Translations under genes and position numbers: made by a program
In this document: piece after piece, positions 45,197 through 55,010 of the stretch
Layout: each line of letters starts with the position of its first letter
Position numbering within the stretch: position 1 is the first letter of the stretch
Source of the DNA: Naegleria gruberi
Lineage: Eukaryota
Length of the DNA: 64,000 nucleotides
Reading direction: 5' to 3' (one strand)
NCBI GenBank assembly: GCA_000004985.1
Contig: GG738905.1
The notes under the pieces: model-generated
Told to the model about the DNA's origin: nothing
The model's database searches: none
Seen by the model: only the letters and a program-made list of their open reading frames with translations

Positions 45197-46916
45197 ATGT
45201 CTCCACATCATCTATTAATTCTGCTCTTGCTCATTTTCTTGCTGGTTGGCATTCAAATCCAACACACAAACCAGCAGGAAATTAAATTTATCAGAAAATC
45301 ATCACTGATACATCAGGAAATATCATCAGATCAATGGCAACTATCTATAGATGATGATCAAGCCTATTTAATGGAAGAAACAGATTGGACACTCTCCGAT
45401 CACTATTTTACACATTGTTGGAATACCACTCGATTGATGAGAGATGATTTGTATTATGATAGGATGTTTACGATGGGAGAGGAGATTCCATCTTCATTCG
45501 GATGTACTTCTATTCGATTACCAACTGTTTATGAATATTATCCATATAATAGGAAATCAATTTATAATTCAGAATTGAGAAATATTGGATTGGAGGATGA
45601 GGCATTATGTTCGAGAGTTGCTGATTGGGAAAGAAATTTAAATGTGAGCTGTCAGACATTATTGTGTGAAATGGATGGGAAAAGTGAAGGATATTCAGAT
45701 TTGAATGCAATGATTAGACAAAGAACTGATTCAAAGACTAGAATTGAAGATTGGGTTAATTATTGTCAATATTGTAAAGTGGATAATTTGAGGAAATATA
45801 GGGAAGAAAAGAAATGTAATCCCAAAGATGAAACTGCCAATTTTTTAATTAGAAAGTTTCCAAACTCTGCATTCTTTTGTGGATTTCACCAATTTGGAAT
45901 ACCCTTCATTATTAATACGTCGAGAATTGTTGATTTATCAGTGCCTCTGGAACATACTGATTTTTCATTCATTTGCTATTGTAGAGAGAGTCAGGCCTTT
46001 CACTTTAAATGTCCAGATGTGACAACTGAATTTGAGTTGAAAACTGAATATTTTGCATTTTTACTCACAATATTTAACAGTGTTTCGATAATATCTACGT
46101 TAGTATTACCAAAAGGATTTTCAATGATTAAGGATCGCAAAATTAATTGGAACATGTTGACAGCTATTTTCATGCTAAGTGCACAATGTGTATTTGCAGG
46201 ATTTTACTTGTACAAGATCATTTCTGAGGAGCAATATTCAAAGGGAATTGTTTTTTTTGAGTGTGGATTTGGTTTGGCAAATTTTGCCCTTATTTCATGG
46301 CTAATTGAATTTCACAAATTTATTCATTATGTGAGAACGAAAGTAATCTATAAGAAATCTCTGATAATATTGCGATTGGTGATATTTACAAGTTTATCTC
46401 TCATTATATTGTTACCAACACTTCTCATTGCTAACTTGGTTCAATTTAAAAAGAGAAAGATTACATTTATATTCCTCCAATTTTATTTTGGTTCATTTGA
46501 AATTGTAACATTGATTTCCTTAATAGTGGGATCAATAATTATTTACAGAGCTATGAAGCAAATTTCAGATATCGATATTTGGAAAACAAAAGTAAGTTTC
46601 AACACAAGGATAACTTGTTATATCAACACTATTCCAACAGTTCTTAAAGTTTACATTACTCGCTGGTCTACTTTTATTGCTGATAACAATTTGTAATTTT
46701 GTGGTAGGAAGTTTATATTTCATTCGTAGCGATATTGACTTATTTTGGTGGAATCTCAAATTCTTTGCCAACCAGGGGCTGTTCATTGCACTTACGTGGA
46801 TAGAGTACGATAAACTAGAGTTTAATCAATGTTACAGTTGTCAAAAATTAGTAAAGAAGGAAAAGTCAGATCTGGAAGTTGATTTGAGTTCAGATTACGT
46901 ACAGGTTAAAGAATAG
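45197..46916 (+). CDS. Receptor-like multi-pass membrane protein with a Cys-rich N-terminal ectodomain and a 6-7 TM C-terminal domain; 2 exons
   Basis: Signal peptide MSPHHLLILLLLIFLLVG, then a Cys-rich extracellular region of about 270 aa, then at least six hydrophobic helices. Exon 1 is 45197-46591 (GTAAGT donor), the 49-nt intron ends TTCCAACAG, and exon 2 is 46641-46916, encoding a final helix LLAGLLLLLITICNFVVGSLYF and tail. The frame was resolved by the splice. Confidence 0.45.
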
Positions 46917-47053
46917 AGTTGATTATAAATTTGATAATATATTTATATTTATTACAGATATTGTTCTAATCAACAATGGTATTCTTGACTTGTTGTCAAG
47001 ATTCTAATCATAATGAGCTTATCAATACTCGCCACACTTGGAAATGGATACAA

Positions 47054-48757
47054 TTATTCTTGAACCTCAATTGTGATTGAGTTTGAATCCACAGCAGTTG
47101 GATCAGTGGTTGGCTTCTTTTTGTCTCCTTCTGCCAAGCATGGAACTCCATTTAACTCTTTTATCGATTGCTTGAATTTAGTCCAATTATTTTCGCAATA
47201 CACTAAACAATCCAAAACTCTATCATTGTGGAAAATGTCAATAAAGTGAGAAATCATAAGTTCACAAACAGAACTGAGGGCAGGTAAGTGTTGAGCCAAG
47301 AATTGTTGCTTTGAAACGTTGAGTGAACTTGGTGGATAGGCAAAGACAGGACCAAAAACAATAGCCAAATTGGTTTCCTTCATCATGTTAATGTGACTGA
47401 ATCTGGTAATTCTGTGCAACAAGCAACACATACATTGCAAAAGGAAGTAGTTATGTTCTGGAAGTTTGTGCATAATTTCTCTGAGGTGATCAATCTTTTC
47501 ATTCTTATCTGAAATTTTATCCAATTGAAGTACCGATGAGTAGAGAGCGTGTGGAATTGGTGGTTCTGGCAATTCTCTCAAAAACAGTTTTAATAAACCT
47601 CCAATTGTATGTTCATCTTCTCCTTCAGAAAATTGAATATCTTGATCTGGATTTTGATCGAATTGAATTTCATAAGCTCTCATACGATTCTTGTTACCAG
47701 GAACACGGAATAAACCTTCAGTTGTCAAATTATTTTGATAAAGTCTAGAAATACACTTGTAACAAATATCAGGTAAAACTCTTTCTGGATGTCTAGCATG
47801 TAAATCAACAAGTGGAACACCAAATGTGACTTTTCCTTGAGTTGACAAATCATAACGACATTCAACTCTCATATGAATTTTACCAGATGATTTTTCACCA
47901 ACAACAACTGGACGAAGAGGGAACCAATCTTCCTTATCTGCTCCAGCTCTAGCACTTTCAATTTTAACAACAACTTGTCCCATAATATCATCAGAGTGGA
48001 ATCTATCCTTATCAAACATGATCACATGCAAATCACAAGGTAATCTAGAAATTTCAAATTGGAATTCTTCACGCCATTTTGGCTCCAAAGTATTTTGTTC
48101 AACTTTTGTATGTTCAACTTTGTGTTCCATATTTAAAACAAGATAAGGATCTGCCAATCCTCCCATCAATGCAGTATCATGTTTTTCCAAATCCTTTGCC
48201 TCTCTAATTTTAACATAAACCTTAGCTTTCATTTGGAAAACTGTTGGTGCAGCCACTCTAATATCATCAGGAACCAATTTTCCAACAGTACTATGAGGAG
48301 CATCAGGATTATTACTCGAATCACTACTACTACCCGATTGTTGTTGTTGTTGATCCTCATTCCTAACATTCTTCTTACTAGTTGTTTTTTTCAAAATTGT
48401 CTCTCTAGCTTGTTCCATTGCTTGTTTCAAGGCTCGCAACCACAAATCCTTTTCATCCCAACTCTGGAATACAATCACATAGTGCGAAATATCAGACTCG
48501 AGGGTGATTTGATATTTTTTCTCATCATTCTTCGACTCGTCGATGAACTTGAGCCGAGGCTCTGTGGTGAGAATGTAGGCTTTGGCTTGTGTAGCCTCGA
48601 CGCGGTGCGGATCAAAGAAAAAGATTCCCTGCGTTGTGACAATGACCCAATTGATACGCCATGAAGGACGGAGGAGGTTTCTACCTTGGCTCTTGATGGT
48701 TTTTCTGTAGAGATAGCCTTGACGAACGGGTATGTCAATGTTATATCTTTGTTTCAA
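47054..48757 (-). CDS. PH-C2-RhoGAP domain protein; N-terminal exon probably missing
   Basis: PH-like start QGYLYRKTIKSQG...WRINWVIV. C2 domain VYVKIREAKDLEKHDTALMGGLADPYLVLNMEHK...EPKWREEFQFEI. RhoGAP core GLFRVPGNKNRMRAYEIQF...IGGLLKLFLRELPEPPIP...NLAIVFGPVF with the arginine finger in GLFRVPG. The ORF has no in-frame ATG at its 5' end (the track uses a TTG). Confidence 0.7.
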   Translation of the reverse strand: MKQRYNIDIPVRQGYLYRKTIKSQGRNLLRPSWRINWVIVTTQGIFFFDPHRVEATQAKAYILTTEPRLKFIDESKNDEKKYQITLESDISHYVIVFQSWDEKDLWLRALKQAMEQARETILKKTTSKKNVRNEDQQQQQSGSSSDSSNNPDAPHSTVGKLVPDDIRVAAPTVFQMKAKVYVKIREAKDLEKHDTALMGGLADPYLVLNMEHKVEHTKVEQNTLEPKWREEFQFEISRLPCDLHVIMFDKDRFHSDDIMGQVVVKIESARAGADKEDWFPLRPVVVGEKSSGKIHMRVECRYDLSTQGKVTFGVPLVDLHARHPERVLPDICYKCISRLYQNNLTTEGLFRVPGNKNRMRAYEIQFDQNPDQDIQFSEGEDEHTIGGLLKLFLRELPEPPIPHALYSSVLQLDKISDKNEKIDHLREIMHKLPEHNYFLLQCMCCLLHRITRFSHINMMKETNLAIVFGPVFAYPPSSLNVSKQQFLAQHLPALSSVCELMISHFIDIFHNDRVLDCLVYCENNWTKFKQSIKELNGVPCLAEGDKKKPTTDPTAVDSNSITIEVQE

Positions 48758-49767
48758 GAAGGCAATAAAATTGGTAGTGTTTTGTTGTGTATTTGATGAT
48801 GATGGTGGTAGTGTTTTGTTGTTGTTGTGTATTTGATGAAGTTTTTGGAAGCGGGAGAAAGTTTTTAATTGTTTTTAATTAAATTAAAATAATTCGTGAT
48901 GATGATGTGAAAGATGTTGGAATGATTTATGTTATTTGGGATGTGTTGTGGAATTTTAATGATGATGATGAGTAACGAGGAGAGAAATTAATTTTCGGTT
49001 AATGATGAAATAATTTAGTTTCTCACAAATATTTCGAATATACATACCTCCCAAATTCCTCTAAATCTTTAGAACTGCTAATCATTTGTTTTTTATCAGT
49101 TAGTTTAATAAATAATGTTTCTTTCTACTGTTTCAACGTTAAAAGTGTGTGTAAGTAAAAAAGTGGTATGGGTGCTCCAAACTTTTGGTAGAAGAAACTT
49201 GTCAATTTTTTTTAGGGTGTCAAGTGTCAATCCCTTTAATGTCAAGCAAAGTGTTCATTCTTCATTGATAAGAAGACCTTTCATACAAAACAAATCTCAA
49301 ATATCAAAATATGTAAATGTTCTGTCCCACTATTTCAAACTACAGAATCATGTTGACCTTTTTTACAATTTGATTTTCAACCACTTTCAAAATCAAGGAG
49401 CTATCAACTCCCAATTCCTTCTCAAAGGTTCTATTTTCCTTTCCTAATTACCTTATCTCGACAATCTCTTCCTCATAAAACAAGCAGCTTCTGGCAAGAA
49501 TATCGAGTTTTCTTCCTCATTTCTCAGTTCATCACTTTAACGTGTTGCTGTAATGGGTTGGAAAATTTAATAATAGCACAAAATTGAAAAAAATCGGCAA
49601 AATTCTCTCTACCTCTTTCTTGGAAGCAGATTGAAACTCTTTAGAATTCTCTACTCGAGCAACTTAAAATTGATTGTGTGGTTAATTTTGGTTCATTAGA
49701 ACGTGATTGGAAACAAAAAAAACAAACCTTGTAAATATAAATAACAACAACTAACTAGATTTTGAAA

Positions 49768-50615
49768 ATGGTGTGGGGATTAGGATGGCTTTTGGGAAAT
49801 GGTAAGTTTTCTAATTGTTGTATTGTTCCGATGATGAACGTTAATTGATTTTATATTTGATGATACTATATACAACATTATATAATACTATTTATATTAT
49901 TAAATATTAAATAATTTGCACGTGTAGGAAAGGAAAAGAAGGAAGTGAAGGCAGATACTCACGAACCAGAACACAATAAGAGTATTAATAATATTCATGA
50001 AACTATCGGAACACTGGAAAAGAGAGAAATGGCACTTTTAAAAAAGAGTGAGGAAGAAGAAGCAAAGGCTAGAAAATTCCTCCAAGAAAATAATAGAACG
50101 GCAGCTGCTAATTGTATCAAGAAAAAGAAACAATATCAAACTCAAATTCAACGATTACAAGGACAAAAACAAAATTTAGAAACAACTTTACTGACCCTTG
50201 AAGATTCTGTGACAAATGTAGAGACACTCAAGGCTCAAAAGCAAGCCTCAGATGCAATTAAGAAAGTTTATAATGGTATGAAGACAGAAGATATTGAGGA
50301 TATTATGGATGATATTAGAGATACGTAAGTATAATTTGAATCTTTTTATACGAATTGTTTAATAGTATGGATGATGTGAATCAAATTGGAGATGCTCTAG
50401 CTCAAAATGTAGGTCCTGTATTTGATGAAGGAGAATTATTAGACGAATTGGAACAATTAGAAAGTGATGCTCACGAGGAAGAAATGGCCAAGATTAAATT
50501 ACCAAAAGAAAAGGTTACCAAAGACAAGGATACTACACTGCCTGTTGCATCCAAGAAACAAGTTGATCCTGAAGAGGCTGAACTGGAAAAGGAATTGGAA
50601 GCACTTATGAATTGA
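49768..50615 (+). CDS. Snf7/Vps32/CHMP4 ESCRT-III subunit; 3 exons
   Basis: Exon 1 is 49768-49801 (MVWGLGWLLGN, GTAAGT donor), exon 2 is 49928-50324 (GKEKKEV...KKKQYQTQIQRLQGQKQNLETTLLTLEDS...MDDIRD), and exon 3 is 50366-50615 (TMDDVNQIGDALAQ...EELDELEQL...LEALMN*). Collinear with yeast Snf7, including the acidic C-terminus. Confidence 0.7.
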
Positions 50616-50698
50616 TTGTAAATACTAAATTCTCATTTATCATTATTGAATTCTTATTCATTTCCATTTTACAAAGCAATCAACAATCTTTCAAAAAA

Positions 50699-51811
50699 AT
50701 GGGACAATCACAGGCAAAGTCTCCCACACCCGAAATTCAATGCTACTATCCAAAACAATATTTAGTTGGTGGAGGTCTTTACGTTGGAAAATCTACATTT
50801 TGTCGTGGAGTGCTAAGAATGTTTCCAAACTGGAACAAACCTTTCGAATATTCTGATGAGGATTTTGAGAAGGATCTACAACAGATTTCTTGTTTAATTC
50901 TCATTAGACTTTATTTTATGGTAGATGATGATCATCAATATGAGGAATACGAAACGCTGAGACAAGCTATCGGAAATGAACTCAACCTTTCGCGTCATTT
51001 TGATTATGGCCAGGTTACTCATATCATCAATTCAACACCAAATTGCAAACTAATTTTATTGAAAATGTGGAAAGAATTTGAACTGAGACAATTCTATGAA
51101 TCATATTGGATGGACGAAAGAGATTTTAAATTGGGAGAAAATCTGCATCAATTAATTGAAACTATTGAATGTGGAAGGAAGGATTTTGATCCCAAATCGT
51201 TATTTCCTCCAAAAGCTAGAATCAAACATTGTTTCAATGAAAGATTCGTATTCTTTTATTTCTCAACATATGCCTCAAAGTGGATGTATCTCAATCCAGA
51301 AGCAATTATATGTTTTGTATCTTTGAGTGATTTCAATCAAACATCTTATGATTTCTATCCTCGATTTAATGAATCAAAATCTCAAGTAATGGAAGAATTG
51401 CGTAATAGACGATTTTTGAAATGCAAGAAAATTCTAATATTCACTAAACCAGATGTGCTGATTAGGAAATTGAAAGAAAGAATCAAATATAATAGAGAGA
51501 TAGATCATGAAATTAGATCAGAGCTAAAAGTAATTGATCAAGAAAATGTTAAATTGGTTATCAACTCAATCGTTTGTGAATATTTCAAAACCTTATCAGA
51601 TTATGGGGTAGAAATTGACTCATACCACATTATGAACGTGACATCAGATTCAGAAATAATCGAAGTGTGCAACAGGATGTTTCTAGAGAATTCCAACAAA
51701 TCAACTTACATTTCGCCTTGCTTGTTACCGTTTAAATTTCCACCAGACAGACTTTTCAATTATCTCCAACAGGATTTGTTGACAGATGTGTTAATATCAA
51801 CCTTTCAGTAA
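50699..51811 (+). CDS. Highly degenerate G-alpha-like protein (probable pseudo-GTPase)
   Basis: MGQSQAK start. A P-loop remnant LVGGGLYVGKSTF, a helical-domain-like middle region, and C-terminal LIFTKPDVL...HIMNVTSDSE are collinear with the 37370 paralog. The DVGGQ switch II is lost. Confidence 0.5.
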   Translation: MGQSQAKSPTPEIQCYYPKQYLVGGGLYVGKSTFCRGVLRMFPNWNKPFEYSDEDFEKDLQQISCLILIRLYFMVDDDHQYEEYETLRQAIGNELNLSRHFDYGQVTHIINSTPNCKLILLKMWKEFELRQFYESYWMDERDFKLGENLHQLIETIECGRKDFDPKSLFPPKARIKHCFNERFVFFYFSTYASKWMYLNPEAIICFVSLSDFNQTSYDFYPRFNESKSQVMEELRNRRFLKCKKILIFTKPDVLIRKLKERIKYNREIDHEIRSELKVIDQENVKLVINSIVCEYFKTLSDYGVEIDSYHIMNVTSDSEIIEVCNRMFLENSNKSTYISPCLLPFKFPPDRLFNYLQQDLLTDVLISTFQ

Positions 51812-52171
51812 TGAAATTGTTTGAATTTCTAATAATCAAGATTAAGTTTATTTTTGAATAATGAATCAATATCTAGCTTAGATGTGAAATCATTTCATGG
51901 ATGGAAAATTTAATAAGTTGGATTTGTTTGGGAATGGAATTCAAATTTATCAAGAATGAAATATTTTTAGGAGCTTATTGGAAAGATAAGTTTAAAGTCT
52001 TGAATCAAATAGGGGATGAAGATCTTTCACACCAAATTTGAAAAGTGTTAATATCACTAACAACTTTACCATAACTGAGTTTAGAATAAGTATTGGACTT
52101 GAGGGAGATTATATTCCACAATTACCAATTCTCAATTCGAATCGATTTCCCAAAGATGATTTCAATTTATT

Positions 52172-52693
52172 TTAATCTCTCTTTGAACCAGAAGCCTTCT
52201 TAGTCAATTGGATCAACAACATGATAGCACCAAGAGCCATGAATGTAATTGGCAAATGCTTCTTTTCAACAACAGTGAATCTCCAAGCACCCAAACCAGC
52301 CAAAGCAATACTTGAAATGATGGAAACCAAACGAGCATTATCAACACTTCCAGTATAGAACAAGTAAGCAGCAAAGAGGAAAAGAAGAGCAATTGTTAAG
52401 CCACCTGCAAGACTGGCAACAGATCCCTTTGAAATTAAATCCATAATTGTATTATGATGAATAATAAAAACATTCAATTAATGGATTAAATACCATCATT
52501 TGATCATGAAACAATCGGGATGATCATCAAATCATTTAACAATCCAAATATCCAATTATTAGTATTATTGATCATCATTAATAATGTTCAATATATTAAA
52601 AAGCAGATTATCAAACCCTACCTTTTTAGCATAACCCATAAATCCACCACCTCCTAACAACAAGGCATAAACCAAATGCAAAATAACGTCCAT
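52172..52693 (-). CDS. TMEM14-family small membrane protein; 2 exons
   Basis: Exon 1 is 52622-52693 (MDVILHLVYALLLGGGGFMGYAKK, GTAGGG donor), a 195-nt intron follows, and exon 2 is 52172-52426 (GSVASLAGGLTIALLFLFAAYLFYTGS...). This matches the GYxKxGSxxSLxAG pattern of TMEM14. Confidence 0.55.
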
Positions 52694-52933
52694 ATTGATA
52701 ATGATGATCAAAGTTTTTGTTTTTTTTTAAAGTTTGTTCGGAATTCAGCGCTTATTTAGCGGACTAATGGAAGAATCAAATTTTTACTATTTTTCGAATA
52801 TTCAACTTGTATTTAAATTGGTAATTAATTAAAATTAATACTAAATATCAATAGATTTTACAAAAATATTAGAATTACATTAAGATTTTTTTTAATTTTT
52901 AATAAAAATATAAAAGTTGATCAAATTATTGAC

Positions 52934-53636
52934 TTAATCAGTATTGCTTGAAATATCCTTCATGAAAATACTCTTAAATTCTTCAAAATCAACAACACCA
53001 TTTCCATCCCTATTAATTTTCCATTTAAAAAACAAAATATTATTAGAAACTTGACGAAATAAATTCGAAACCTACCTATCAGCTTGTCTAATCATTTCAT
53101 TCAACTCCTTATCAGTTAAAGTTTCACCCAAACTGCTCATCATGGATTTTAATTCTTCATATGAAATAAAACCATCATTATTCTTATCAAAAACTCTGAA
53201 AGCTTCACGAATTTCGTCTTCTGTATCAACATTGTTTCTTCCACCTTCCATCATCTTCATAAATTCTTCAAATTCGATGGTTCCGTTGTTGTCTTGATCA
53301 ACATCAGAAACTATTTTCGGATCATGGAATTATTCGATAGGTAAAATAAACGGTTGGAAAATTCGAAACATGGTAAATTAATAGTAATAATAATAATTAA
53401 TAACAACTCTAGGATTAGAATAAAACATACACATGAGTTGTAATTCTTCAGCTGATGGACATTGACCTAATTTCTTCAAAACAGCTCCCAATTCTATTAG
53501 AAACATTTCGAATAAACAAAAAAATCATAAAATAAGTACCTTCAATAGAAATCTTTCCATCACCATCTTGGTCAAAAAGACTAAAAGCGTCCTTCAATTC
53601 GTTAACAAGTTGATCTTGTGGTTTAGAGTTTGACAT
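52934..53636 (-). CDS. Calmodulin-like 4-EF-hand protein; 4 exons (boundaries approximate)
   Basis: Exon order on the minus strand: [32 protein letters not shown] (EF1); [99 protein letters not shown] (EF2-3); [25 protein letters not shown] (EF4). The DxDxDG loops are canonical. Introns begin GTACTT, GTATGT and GTAGGT. Confidence 0.65.
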
Positions 53637-54243
53637 TTTTTTTGTGTGAGTTTTGACAATCAAAGAACGGTAACTGCCAAGTTTAATCCTTTGAAAGAAT
53701 ATTGCGCATATAGCATAGAGGTAGAAATGGTATGCAAAATAGTGAATGTTGATGGATACTAAGAAAGTAACATGACAGTGGTTACTAATTTTGATTTGAT
53801 GAGTTGATCTATTCGAAGTTGGAATGTTTAATTTATCAGTGAAGGAGCAATAATGAAGAATCATGAAGTACAATGTGAAATATTAAAAGTTAATCATGCA
53901 AGATTACAAAAATGAACCAATTCAAAATGTTCACACTCAAGCATCGTGTGGTTATAGCCATGGTTACATTCATGGTCACTATCACATTGTGTATGTTCCA
54001 GTTAGTTGATCATCAACCTGGGTCAAGGTAGTCAAAGTTGGATTGCTGAGCTAATTTTCTACCTTTGATTCAAGTATGAAATTCAAAATATAATTCAGAA
54101 AATCCAAATATTATCTGCTAATTTTCTATTTTAATTCCAATTTAAATTAATCTAAATAATTTGTTCAATTTTTTGAGAAATCCACTTCTTTTTCTTATTA
54201 TTATAATATGAATGCCAATCTAAAAGAAAGAATACACAATAAG

Positions 54244-54594
54244 TTATTCATCTGGTTGAGGTTTTGATAAATCCAAGCCTGGACATACTATCTGATCCCT
54301 TCTCACAATATTCTCTCGTAACATATATTGTACCACATTCATTCTTTGATCTCCCTGGAGAGTAATGATTTTTCCCCTCTCTTCATCATCAACAACTATT
54401 GCACTGCATTCAAATAGTGATGAGAGGGTTTTAGTTAAGGTTTTGAGTGGAATGTTTTGTGATAATCCCTCAATGGTGGTAATTTTCTTATTGTTGGACC
54501 GGGAAAAGATTCGGACGTGTATTTTGGAAATTTCTGGTTCTTCTTCTTGGAAGGGATCGTTCGATAGGAAATCAGTGTTGCATGGTTTTGACAT
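54244..54594 (-). CDS. Translation initiation factor eIF1 (SUI1)
   Basis: MSKPCNTDFLSNDPFQEEE...IHVRIFSRSNNKKITTIEGLS...LKTLTKTLSSLFECSAIVVDD...IITLQGDQRMNVVQYML is collinear with SUI1/eIF1 (about 116 aa, QGDQR motif). Confidence 0.8.
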   Translation of the reverse strand: MSKPCNTDFLSNDPFQEEEPEISKIHVRIFSRSNNKKITTIEGLSQNIPLKTLTKTLSSLFECSAIVVDDEERGKIITLQGDQRMNVVQYMLRENIVRRDQIVCPGLDLSKPQPDE

Positions 54595-55010
54595 TTTTTT
54601 TAAATTGCAAAATTGAATAGAAATCAACTGCAAAATTGAATTTTTTGGTGCCTTATTATTCAAAAATAAAATATAAATTTAAAAAATTGTCATCATGGTT
54701 ACATGTATTCGGATGGATTGTTATTCTTCTCGTCTTAACTTTTGGTGTTGAAGGAGTGGAGCATATGAGAGTTTGAAAATGTTGTAATACGATGGATAGA
54801 TTTTTTAAAATAATAATTGAATCAAGTGTTGTTATGTATTAACATAGATTGTTAATAAGTGCTTATAGATTAATTTAAGAAATGTCATCCTTATTTAGAA
54901 TAATACAACAATTCAACACGATATGAGTCAATAATGGCGTCTGTGTTTGTACTGGAAGTGGCGTTTCTTGACACAGTTCTTCGTATTGCTATTGAGTAAC
55001 CAAGTAAAAA

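Noticed and set aside
49115-49447. 110-aa plus-strand ORF upstream of the Snf7 gene
   Set aside because: Low-complexity with no start context, lying in what is more plausibly the promoter and 5' region of Snf7 (whose ATG is at 49768). No motif.
52172-52477. Track ORF start MNVFIIHHNTIM for the TMEM14-like gene
   Set aside because: The first ~12 codons of that ORF lie in an intron. The real start is the upstream exon at 52622-52693 (MDVILHLVYALLLGGGGFMGYAKK), spliced at GTAGGG...TTTCAAAG.
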